From: an uncultured Planctomycetota bacterium
GTDB lineage: Bacteria; Planctomycetota; Planctomycetia; Isosphaerales; Isosphaeraceae
DNA: 64,000 bases
Direction: 5' to 3'
Assembly: GCA_963823665.1 (NCBI GenBank)
Contig: CAWGMQ010000008.1
Location: forward strand, 416,001 to 480,000
The position numbers and the translations under genes are program-made. Positions 29,809 to 38,776 of this stretch are shown here, piece after piece. Below the pieces are notes generated by a model that was not told where the DNA came from, ran no database searches, and saw only the letters and a program-made list of their open reading frames with translations. How positions within the stretch are numbered: the first letter of the stretch is position 1; each line of letters starts with the position of its first letter.

Positions 29809-30862
29809 ATGCGACTCAATCAGTCGAAGCGACCGATCGCGGGATTCACGTTGATCGAGCTTCTCGTCGTCATCGCCATCATTGCGGTGTTGATAGCGCT
29901 TTTGCTGCCGGCGGTGCAGGCGGCCCGCGAGGCGGCCCGACGCTCGGGGTGCGTCAACAACCTGAAGCAGATCGGTCTGGCGCTGCACAATTATGAGCAG
30001 GCCAATGGCGTGTTCCCGCCGGGTTACATCAGCTCGATCCTGATGAGCGTGACGGACGCGTGCAACCAGGATGTAGAAATGGGTCAGAGCGTCGACCTCG
30101 GCTCGGGCTGGGCGTGGGGGAGCATGATCCTGCCGTACCTCGAGCAACAGCCCTTGTACAACTCGATCAACTTCAACCTATCGGTGGCGTATCATCAGAA
30201 CGACACGTGCAGCTTGACCGTGCTCAATGTCTACCTCTGCCCTTCCGACGACGGTCCTTCGGTCGTGCCGGTTTTTGAAGATCCGCCGGACCCGGCCAAC
30301 CCGGGAAGCTACAGCGGGACCCACATCGTCGACACGCTGTCGCGCGGCAATTATGTGGGGATGTACGGGCTGGGCGAGATCTGCTCTCAATCGAACGCGC
30401 TTGATGCTGCGAACAATAACGGGCTGGGCCCACTCGGCACGCACGCCGGGATGTTTTATCGCAACAGCGCGACGCGGGTTGCGGCGGTCACGGACGGGCT
30501 CAGCAACACGACGATGGTGGGGGAACGCAGCCACAACTTGAGCTACGTCACGTGGGTCGCGCGCTCGATCGGCGGCTGGCTGGGGAAGACATCGCTGGTG
30601 GAGGGAGGAACCGACCAGTTCAACCCGTCGCCGGAGGAGTGCTGGACGCAGATCATGGGTCCCGTTGGCCTGGAAGACGGTCTGCGAACGATCAACAACC
30701 CCGAGGCGCACGTCGAGGACTACTGGAGCCGTCATCCCGGTGGTGCGAATTTCATCTTCGGCGACGGCTCGGTGCATTTTCTCAAGGCAACCATCAATCC
30801 AGTGCCGTGGCGCGCTGGCGACCCGGAATTACTCGGAAGTGATCTCCGCCGATTCGTACTGA
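29809..30862 (+). CDS. DUF1559 prepilin-type N-terminal cleavage/methylation protein; frameshift near 30815
   Basis: '[34 protein letters not shown]', '[13 protein letters not shown]', 'TDGLSNT', '[16 protein letters not shown]'. Confidence 0.95.
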
Positions 30863-30890
30863 TCTGACGGGTCAACACGGAGGACAGGGC

Positions 30891-33113
30891 CTACTGGAAG
30901 TCGAGGGTATTTAGATCGTCGTTAATCGTGGCGACGATCACTGATTTGCGGGTGCTCTGCACGACAATCTGGTAGGCCGCGCCCAAGGCCGGGTCGAGGG
31001 AGAGCTCGCCCACGAACTGACCTTCGGGCGTAAACTCGATCAGCTCGCTCGGTTGGTTGGCATCGACGTTCACCGCGTCGTCGTTGGTCGTGAGCAAATC
31101 GCCGTTGGGTGCCAGCGCCAGGCCGATCGGCCCGCGGAGGTGCGCCTGATCCTGGTAGACCAGGGTACCCGTGCCGTTATCCGAATGCGTCTTGCTCGCG
31201 TGCTTGACGGCGAAAATCTCGTTGTTGGCCGTCGCGGCGACGTAGAGAGTATCGTTCTTCGAGTCGTAGGCCAACCCGCCCGGGCCGACGATCGTCAGGG
31301 CCGTGCTCGGCTCGGGGACAGACTCGACCGAGATCGCGCCGAAGAGGCCGTCCGTATTACTTGCTAGCCCCGCGGTGAAAAAGAGAGTGTTTGGCGAACC
31401 CGCCGCGCCGCCGTTCCCGAAGGATATCGCCCAGAGGTCGGCCGCGGCGAAAGGTTGACCTGTGCTCAGCGTCAACGTGCCTTCGAAGACCCCATTAAGG
31501 TTGTAAGCATTGATCTCGCCGGGGCCATTGTTATTGCCGACGAGCAGGTCGCCGCCGAACTGGCCCCAACTGGCAGGCGCGATGGCGAGCCCCCAGGGAG
31601 AGTCCAGATGTTGCCCCGCCGGGTCGTCGATCAGCGTCTTGATGAACGTACCGTTCGTGGTGAACTCATCCACGATGCCGCCCGAGGTCGCCTGGTTGGC
31701 AAAGGTCACGAACAACGTCTGTGTCCCGTTGACCGTGAGATTCTGGACGTTGAATGCAGCGTAGCCGGCTGGAAACTGCGAGAAATTCGGGTCGGTGAAA
31801 CTCCCGGTCAGCTTCCACTGACTGTTGAAGACGTCGATGTTGCCGCTATTCTGGTCGGCGGCGTATAACTGAGCGGCACCGGTCGAGGTGTTGCCGATCG
31901 CCAGGCCGGTGAACGAGGCACCTGGGACGGTCGCCTCGATGGTCGAGGTCGGCAGCCCGTTCCATGCCGAGATCGAGCCATCGAGATTGGCGAAAATGAA
32001 CTGTGCCTGAATACCGTTAAGCTGGAAGTCCGCCGTCGAGCTCGTTGTGATCCCCGGCGCGGCGGGGCTCACCTGTCCCGTCGGTCCATTGGCACTGCTC
32101 GGGGCTGCGTTTCCCTGGTTCGCGACTCCCACGGTCAGTTGCACACCGGAGGAAATCGGGGGCTGCGTGCTTCCGACAGTGTAGACCGTCGTAGCAGCAG
32201 ACCCGTCGAAGCTGGCAGCCTGGTCGGAAATCCAGAACGGGCCTGTGCTGGCGAATGACAACCCCCAGGGGTCCTGCAAGTTCGCGTCGGTTTGCTGTGC
32301 GGGGACCGTGCCGTCGGAGACGAGGTTCGTCTGGACGTAAACATCCCCGGCCGGGACGCTGCCCGGGGCAGTCATGACTGTGTAGCCGGAGGCGATCTGT
32401 GTCGTGCTGACGACCTTGAGGTTGGTCTGGCCAAGCTTCTTCACGACCTTGAAGTTGATTCGCGTGATCGCGCCGCTTTCGACATTGGAGACGAACAACT
32501 GGGCCGTCTTACCCTTGTCATTGACCGCCCGAGCCCATGGCCCGTCGAAGAGATCCGAGCTGGTGCTGGCGTCGGACAACGTCTGAACCACTTTGCCAAA
32601 GCGATTGATGATCTGGAGCGAGCCTGCCCCGATTGTGTCATCTGTGGTCGGGACGTTGCCGACGATCACGAAGCCACTCTTCAAGACGGTCAATGACTCG
32701 TCGAGTCCGGCGGCTTGCGAGGTGAAGAAAACGGGTGCGGTCGCCGGATTTTGACCGGGTTTGATCGCCACGATGGTCGTACCGGTGCCTGGAGTGTGCG
32801 TACTGTTGTCGAAGTTTGACACCAGGTATTCTCCCGCGTGGATCAGACCGCCGCCGGGGAACCCCGCGGGGACAACCGCCAAGCCGGAAGGGTGCACGTC
32901 GCCATTGGCCGGAACGGTTGTGATCCTTGAGGTCGGCGCGGATGGGAGATTGGGGACAATTGAAGTTCTGTCGCGCTTGGCGGTGGAGACCGCCGCGGGC
33001 ACGGCCAGATGCTTGACATGCGGTAGCGCGGCATCAAACAAGGCTCGTTCTTCTAGCGTGTCAAGACACGGACGCAGATGAGGACGACGCGAGGAACGAC
33101 GACTCTGGAACAT
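30891..33113 (-). CDS. Secreted beta-propeller-like protein with a nested TIGR03118-like domain
   Basis: Leader 'RRSSRRPHLRPCLDTLEERALF'; internal 'YVQTNLVSD...DPWG...FFTAG...GLFGAI..SVPEP'. Confidence 0.8.
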   Translation of the reverse strand: MFQSRRSSRRPHLRPCLDTLEERALFDAALPHVKHLAVPAAVSTAKRDRTSIVPNLPSAPTSRITTVPANGDVHPSGLAVVPAGFPGGGLIHAGEYLVSNFDNSTHTPGTGTTIVAIKPGQNPATAPVFFTSQAAGLDESLTVLKSGFVIVGNVPTTDDTIGAGSLQIINRFGKVVQTLSDASTSSDLFDGPWARAVNDKGKTAQLFVSNVESGAITRINFKVVKKLGQTNLKVVSTTQIASGYTVMTAPGSVPAGDVYVQTNLVSDGTVPAQQTDANLQDPWGLSFASTGPFWISDQAASFDGSAATTVYTVGSTQPPISSGVQLTVGVANQGNAAPSSANGPTGQVSPAAPGITTSSTADFQLNGIQAQFIFANLDGSISAWNGLPTSTIEATVPGASFTGLAIGNTSTGAAQLYAADQNSGNIDVFNSQWKLTGSFTDPNFSQFPAGYAAFNVQNLTVNGTQTLFVTFANQATSGGIVDEFTTNGTFIKTLIDDPAGQHLDSPWGLAIAPASWGQFGGDLLVGNNNGPGEINAYNLNGVFEGTLTLSTGQPFAAADLWAISFGNGGAAGSPNTLFFTAGLASNTDGLFGAISVESVPEPSTALTIVGPGGLAYDSKNDTLYVAATANNEIFAVKHASKTHSDNGTGTLVYQDQAHLRGPIGLALAPNGDLLTTNDDAVNVDANQPSELIEFTPEGQFVGELSLDPALGAAYQIVVQSTRKSVIVATINDDLNTLDFQ

Positions 33114-33254
33114 TGCGTGACTCCTGGTATTGGGAGCAAAAAACGCAGGGCACCGCGCTCTTCCGCGCTCGAGCGCGACGTCCCTGCTTGTGGTGGTTAG
33201 TGGCAGCGGAGAATCGACTTCCGGGCGGCACGAGTGCAGGCCACCGGTTTGCGA

Positions 33255-34394
33255 TCAGGACTTCACGCCGCGACGGCGGTTCTTCCAGTACAATCCACTG
33301 GCCAGCGTGCCCACCGCGATCAAACCCAGGACGGCCGAGTTTGGCTCGGGGACGGACGAGAGCTGGATGGCGCCGAGAAGTCCATCCCTGTAGCCGCCGG
33401 TACCGGCCGTGAAGTAAATCTGTTCCGTGCTGCCGGCATTCGTGCCGTTGCCGATGGTCAACGACCAAAGATCCTGGATCACAATCGGCGTCCCGTTCGG
33501 GCCATCCAATAAGCTGGCGGCGCCGGTCGTCAGGTTGATGACGCTGATCTCTCCACTACCCTTGTTACCCACCAGCAAGTCGCCGGCCAGGGGGCCGAAC
33601 GATGACGGCGCGATGGCCAGCCCCCACGGTTGGTCGAGCGATCCGTTAGTGGCCACCCGTGAGAGGAAGTTCCCTGAGGTGCTGAAGGCATCCACGATGC
33701 CGCCCGTCTTGCCGGGCATTTCGTAGGTGACATAGACAACACCGTTCAGGACCTGGACGTTGTAAGGAACAAAACCGGCTGGGAGGCTAGGGTCTTTGAA
33801 GTTCCCGGGCAAGCCGGGCTGAGTGGCAGTCCCGTTGAAGACATCGATATTTCCGGTCTTGGTGTTGGCGGCCAGGAGATATTCGTTGCCATTGACTGTC
33901 ACCAGCGTTGCGCCGTCATAGCTATTCGCGGAGTCAGCGAGCGACAGCACCTGTGCGGTATTTCCCAGTGCCGGCTGCCAGCCCTGGACGGTTCCGCCCA
34001 GGGTGACGAACAGGAAAGGGTCTCCGTTGAACGCAGTGGATGATGGGTTAAACACTTGCCCGGTCACTCCACCGCCCTGAATGTTCACCGGGAAATCTGG
34101 GCTCGAAACAATACTCACCTGGTCAGTTGTGCTGATCTTGTACAGGCTGGCGACCCCGGTTCCCTCGTTTGACACCCAGAGCGGTGACGTGGATGAAAAC
34201 GAAACGCCCCAGGGATTGACCAGGTTCGTGTCCGTGATCTGGGCCTGATTGACCGACTGATTGTTTGTGATCAGGTTGGTGACCGAATAAGTCGGACCGG
34301 CCTGCGCCTGGGCTGCAAGCACGAGCATGAACGCCAGGCCTGCACTGCACCCTATTGCCAGTGAACGACTCGAACGGATCGGGTAACGCGTCAT
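33255..34394 (-). CDS. TIGR03118-family PEP-CTERM protein
   Basis: Signal peptide, 'NLVNPWG', 'PYNVQ', 'PWGLAIAP', 'YFTAG'; C-terminal VPEP + TM helix + KNRRR. Confidence 0.88.
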   Translation of the reverse strand: MTRYPIRSSRSLAIGCSAGLAFMLVLAAQAQAGPTYSVTNLITNNQSVNQAQITDTNLVNPWGVSFSSTSPLWVSNEGTGVASLYKISTTDQVSIVSSPDFPVNIQGGGVTGQVFNPSSTAFNGDPFLFVTLGGTVQGWQPALGNTAQVLSLADSANSYDGATLVTVNGNEYLLAANTKTGNIDVFNGTATQPGLPGNFKDPSLPAGFVPYNVQVLNGVVYVTYEMPGKTGGIVDAFSTSGNFLSRVATNGSLDQPWGLAIAPSSFGPLAGDLLVGNKGSGEISVINLTTGAASLLDGPNGTPIVIQDLWSLTIGNGTNAGSTEQIYFTAGTGGYRDGLLGAIQLSSVPEPNSAVLGLIAVGTLASGLYWKNRRRGVKS

Positions 34395-34842
34395 TTGTGG
34401 TTGTACCTCCAGACAATGACCGCAGTAGCTCTTGAAACGAAAACAGACGCCTCGTCCAACCATTAGCGTCCGCGAGCCGGGTTTCGGTTACATTTTTTGA
34501 TCGTCATGCACGTATTGGATCATGTGAGCATCGAAGCGGCTTTTCCACCAATGCGTGACGGTCGGAAAAAATCCGTAACCGTTCAGTCGGATCGCGGCAC
34601 TTTTATTCCGTACGCCGGGAGAGACTTTCACTTTCAAGGGTGCGCACTGCTCCAGTGCGGCGATAATCTTCGAATAGACGGGTCGGCCCCGGGGAGACAT
34701 TCGGTCTGGCGGGGGGGGTCCCTTCGGATGCCCGGATCGGGCTTACGCCCGAGGCTTCAGGACTTGCGTCCCGTTTGAACCACGCACTGATGTGCGTGGT
34801 CACTTCTTCTGGGCTCGCCGCGCGTTACCGCGCAACATCAAA

Positions 34843-34907
34843 ACGCGCCAGCGAGGGCCGAAAAATCGAATGCCGAATGTCGATCGCCTGAGCCCTCGCT
34901 GGCGCGT
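34843..34907. repeat. REP-like 16 bp inverted repeat pair
   Basis: ACGCGCCAGCGAGGGC (34843-34858) / GCCCTCGCTGGCGCGT (34892-34907). Confidence 0.75.
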
Positions 34908-35278
34908 CGGGTTAGTGTGGGCACCTGCTCGGCTCTCAGAGGGTCAAGGCGCCGCCGGCCTTGGCTGGATCGACTTTTCGCCCGACTAACGCTCAAGGGA
35001 AGTGACGAACCGAGTGCCGAGCCTGGTTTTCGCGCCAGGCAGGATGTAGGTGCTGTGGCGGAAAAAGTGTAACCCGGGTATCCGCATCGGGGCTCTCTCA
35101 AATAGTGCGGGGGAGGACGACTGTCGCGATCACGTTCAGCAGGTTGAAGCATCGTTGTCGAAAGGCAACAGAGGCTTCATCCGGTGGATTGCGAAATCAC
35201 TCTGCTCAACAACCAACGGCGACATTCAAGTTGCCAAATACACATGTGCCTGAATAAGGCATTATTGAGGAGATTAAC

Positions 35279-37048
35279 GTGTCGCAATCCCATTTCGGAA
35301 CCCGGTTACATCAGGTTCTTCGCGTCTTGACGACCGGAAGCCGCCGCAAAAAGCCACGGTCTACGATACGTCCGTCGCTCCAGTTGGAGCTGCTGGAGGG
35401 GCGCGCCCTCATGTCGGGCATCGCGGCCAGTGGGGTCATCAGCTCGACGCCGGCCGGCTCGAACTTCGACTACACGATCGATCTATCGAATTCCAGTTCG
35501 AGCACCGCCAGCATCGGCACCTTTTGGTACTCCTGGACGCCCGCGCCCTTTGAGGATTTTCTGGCCACCAAACCGGTTTCGGTCAGTCCGCCCGCCGGAT
35601 GGACCGAGACGATCACCAACATTGGCTCTAGCGATGGCTACGCCATTGAATTTGTCTCCTCCGGCACCGCTTATAACGTGCAGGCGGGGAGCTCGTTGAA
35701 TTTCAAGTTCACCAGTGCCGACACTCCCGCGTCGGTCAATGGCGATTCGGTGTTTTACCCGGGCACGCCGGTAGGAACGTCCTTTGTTTACTCTGAGGGC
35801 CCGGAACAAGGTGTTGCCGACGAATTTGTCGTGGCGCCGGCAGCGGCACCGACCCTCCAGTCGATCGCGGTGACTCCGGCCAATACCAACCTGCCCTCCG
35901 GGGAAACGGAGCAGTTCAGCGCCATCGGCACACTGTCCAACAACACCACCGAGAACCTGACGGGCCAGGTGACCTGGGCGTCCTCAGACACCACGTGGGC
36001 CACGATCAACTCGACAGGGCTGGCCACGGCCGTTTCACCAGGCCCCGTGACGATTTCGGCGGCCTTTGATGGCCACACCGGTTCGACCGGGCTGACTGTG
36101 GTGGCCGCGCCGTCTCTCGAGTCGATCGCGGTGACTCCGGCCAATACCAGCCTGGCCGCCGGGGAAACGGAGCAATTCACCGCCATCGGCACACTGTCCA
36201 ACAACACCACCGAGAACCTGACGGGCCAGGCGACCTGGGCTTCCGCCGACACCACGTGGGCCACGATCAACACGGCAGGTCTGGCTACAGCCGTGTCACC
36301 AGGATTCGTGACGATCTCGGCGGTCTTCGATGGCATCACAGGCTCGACCGGGCTGACGGTGATCCCGGCGGTCCTCGAGTCGATCGCGGTCAGCCCGCCA
36401 AATACCAGCCTATCCACCGGGGAAACGGAGCAGTTCACCGCCACCGGCACTCTGTCCAACGGCAGCGCCGAGAACTTGACCAGCGAGGTGACCTGGGCTT
36501 CCTCGGACACCACCTGGGCCACGATCAGCACACCCGGGATAGCTACGGCGGTGTCGGCGGGCCCGGTGACGATCTCCGCGGCCTTTGATGGCCACACCGG
36601 TTCGACCGGGCTCTTGGTGGTGACCCCGACTCCAGCCCCGACGCCGACTCAGACGGTGATTATCGGCGAGCAACCGGTTTTCCAACGCAAACTGAACAAG
36701 AAGGGCGAGCCGATGGGCAAGGCAGTTCTGTCCGATTTCACGGTTGAATTCGGCGTGCCGCTCAATGCCGCGGATGCCGCCATCCGCGCCAACTACCAGT
36801 TGGACACCGTCACCACCAAGAAGGTCAAGAAGAAGACCGAAACGATTCTGCACCCGATCACGAAATTCACGGTCTCGTATGTCGCGGCGAGCGACGCAGT
36901 CGAGATCAAGCTGGGGGCCGCGGAAACGTTCCCGACCGGCGGCCGGCTCACTGTTCTCGGCGGCGAGACGACCGCCGCGGGCGGCACGCTGACCGGGCCG
37001 GCGGTGTTTGCCATCGGAAAGGGCGGGAAAAGCATCGAGCTGTCGTGA
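35279..37048 (+). CDS. Extracellular protein with three Big_2-type Ig-like repeats
   Basis: Leader 'LELLEGRALMS'; 3x 'LxSIAVxP...GETEQF.A.GTLSN...TWAS.DT' at about 35855, 36116 and 36374. Confidence 0.85.
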   Translation: MSQSHFGTRLHQVLRVLTTGSRRKKPRSTIRPSLQLELLEGRALMSGIAASGVISSTPAGSNFDYTIDLSNSSSSTASIGTFWYSWTPAPFEDFLATKPVSVSPPAGWTETITNIGSSDGYAIEFVSSGTAYNVQAGSSLNFKFTSADTPASVNGDSVFYPGTPVGTSFVYSEGPEQGVADEFVVAPAAAPTLQSIAVTPANTNLPSGETEQFSAIGTLSNNTTENLTGQVTWASSDTTWATINSTGLATAVSPGPVTISAAFDGHTGSTGLTVVAAPSLESIAVTPANTSLAAGETEQFTAIGTLSNNTTENLTGQATWASADTTWATINTAGLATAVSPGFVTISAVFDGITGSTGLTVIPAVLESIAVSPPNTSLSTGETEQFTATGTLSNGSAENLTSEVTWASSDTTWATISTPGIATAVSAGPVTISAAFDGHTGSTGLLVVTPTPAPTPTQTVIIGEQPVFQRKLNKKGEPMGKAVLSDFTVEFGVPLNAADAAIRANYQLDTVTTKKVKKKTETILHPITKFTVSYVAASDAVEIKLGAAETFPTGGRLTVLGGETTAAGGTLTGPAVFAIGKGGKSIELS

Positions 37049-37157
37049 GCCCCGGGGCGAGCCGCTGGGCGCGGGGCTCCGGGCACCAGTTTCCGCACGC
37101 CTTCGAAAGTCGTTACATCCAGATATTCAAAACTGAGTCTATACGGAGGGCATTAAC

Positions 37158-38393
37158 ATGTCGCGATCCATTTTCGGAAGCCGGTTACATCGGATTTTCG
37201 GCGCCTTCAAGGGCGGGGGCCGCAGCAAAGAGCGTCGGCCTAGAGCGCGTCGATTTCCCCAGTTGGAAACCCTGGAGGGGCGCGCGCTCATGGCCACGAT
37301 CAACGCCAGTGCAACAATCAGCTCGGTGGCCGACGGACCCAACGTCAACTACACACTCACGCTGAACAACTCGAGCACGAGCAACTCCGGCATCGGTACG
37401 TTCTGGTACTCCTGGGTGCCCGCCGGTGAAGATTTCCTCGCCACGAGCCCGATTTCCGTCACTCCGCCCGCCGGCTGGACCGACACGATCACGCATATAG
37501 GACCGTCCGACGGCTACGCCATTCAGTTTGTCGCGAGCAATTCGGCTCATGACGTGCAGCCGGGCAGCTCGCTGACCTTTTCATTCGTGAGCGCAGACTC
37601 GCCCGCATCGATCAATGGTAGCTCCGTAGACTACCCGGGTACGCCTGTGGATACGGCGGTCGTTTATCCGGGGGCCCCATTCAGCGACGCCGGACATCAA
37701 TTCGTCGTGACACCCGCGACGACGCCCACGCCGGCGCCCACGTCCGCGCCGCCGGTCACCGTGGTCAGCGTCCAGGACGTGAAGAACAAGAAGCACTTGG
37801 TGACCGAGATCGTCGTGGACTTCAGCGGCCCGGTCAACGCCGCCGAAGCGGACAGCCTTGCGACCTATCGGTTGGCGACGGCGAACGGGAAGGGGTCATT
37901 CACTGCCAAGAACTCGCCGGTGCTCAAGCTTCGCTCGGCCGTGTTCAACCCGGCGAACGATACGGTCACGCTCACTCCCAAGAAGGCGTTTGCCCTGACC
38001 AAAGCCGTTGAGCTCACGATCGACGGGACCGCGCCTTCCGGCTTGCAGGACAGCTCCGGGCAGTTGATCGACGGTGACAACAATGGTCAGGCGGGCTCGA
38101 ATGCAGTCGTCTTAATCCGTCGCAGCGGTGTGAACTTGAACCCCGTAGCCCCCGCCGCGAAGGACCCGTGGGTCTACGGACCGCCCGCGGTTGTGCCCCC
38201 AGCCCCCGCCCCGCCCGTGGTCGCCCCCGGAGCTCCCTACTCGCCCGTGGTCTTGAACCCCACAACCCCCTCGTCGCCCGTGGTGGTCGACCCAATCCCC
38301 CCCGGGTCCTCCGCCGGGTCCTCCGGCGGGTCCTCCGGCGGGTCCTCCGGCGGGTCCTCCGGCGGGTCCTCCGGGGGTTCGCCGACGTATTAA
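37158..38393 (+). CDS. Extracellular protein sharing the N-terminal domain of 35279..37048; Pro- and Ser/Gly-rich tail
   Basis: Leader 'LETLEGRALMA'; shared 'IGTFWYSW.P..EDFLAT.P.SV.PPAGWT.TIT'. Confidence 0.82.
   Translation: MSRSIFGSRLHRIFGAFKGGGRSKERRPRARRFPQLETLEGRALMATINASATISSVADGPNVNYTLTLNNSSTSNSGIGTFWYSWVPAGEDFLATSPISVTPPAGWTDTITHIGPSDGYAIQFVASNSAHDVQPGSSLTFSFVSADSPASINGSSVDYPGTPVDTAVVYPGAPFSDAGHQFVVTPATTPTPAPTSAPPVTVVSVQDVKNKKHLVTEIVVDFSGPVNAAEADSLATYRLATANGKGSFTAKNSPVLKLRSAVFNPANDTVTLTPKKAFALTKAVELTIDGTAPSGLQDSSGQLIDGDNNGQAGSNAVVLIRRSGVNLNPVAPAAKDPWVYGPPAVVPPAPAPPVVAPGAPYSPVVLNPTTPSSPVVVDPIPPGSSAGSSGGSSGGSSGGSSGGSSGGSPTY
38304..38375 (+). repeat. 12 bp tandem repeat x6 encoding GSSG
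   Basis: GGGTCCTCCG(G/C)(C/G) six times. Confidence 0.9.
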
Positions 38394-38776
38394 GCCGTTC
38401 TTGACGTCGTGATCGCGCTCGGCGACAGCATGATGTGAGCCCTGTGGGCTGGCGCCTGAGCGATCCGAAAAGGAGCCCGAAGCGGAACAAAACGGCTTCC
38501 GCTCCGGCTCTCGGAATCGAGCGCGCCTCCCACCGCTCGCGGTCGCCGCGACCGCCGGCGGTGGGGCTGCCTTCTCTCACCGTGACGGACGCGCGCCTGT
38601 TCCATTCGATCGGGCCCACGCAAATCTTGTTCGCAATCCGTTACGAGCGGCCCCCGATCATCCCGAGCATTCAACCTCGAATGCGCTACCCAAGCTCCCG
38701 CGGTTTGTCACTTCGGGAGACGGTCGTTCCACCGAGATAGCAGAGCACTGATTCGTTCAACCAGGAGAGCAGTCCC

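Noticed and set aside
38304..38375. CRISPR array (also considered for 5101-5142 and 3368-3503)
   Set aside because: Tandem repeats without unique spacers, mostly coding; no cas genes
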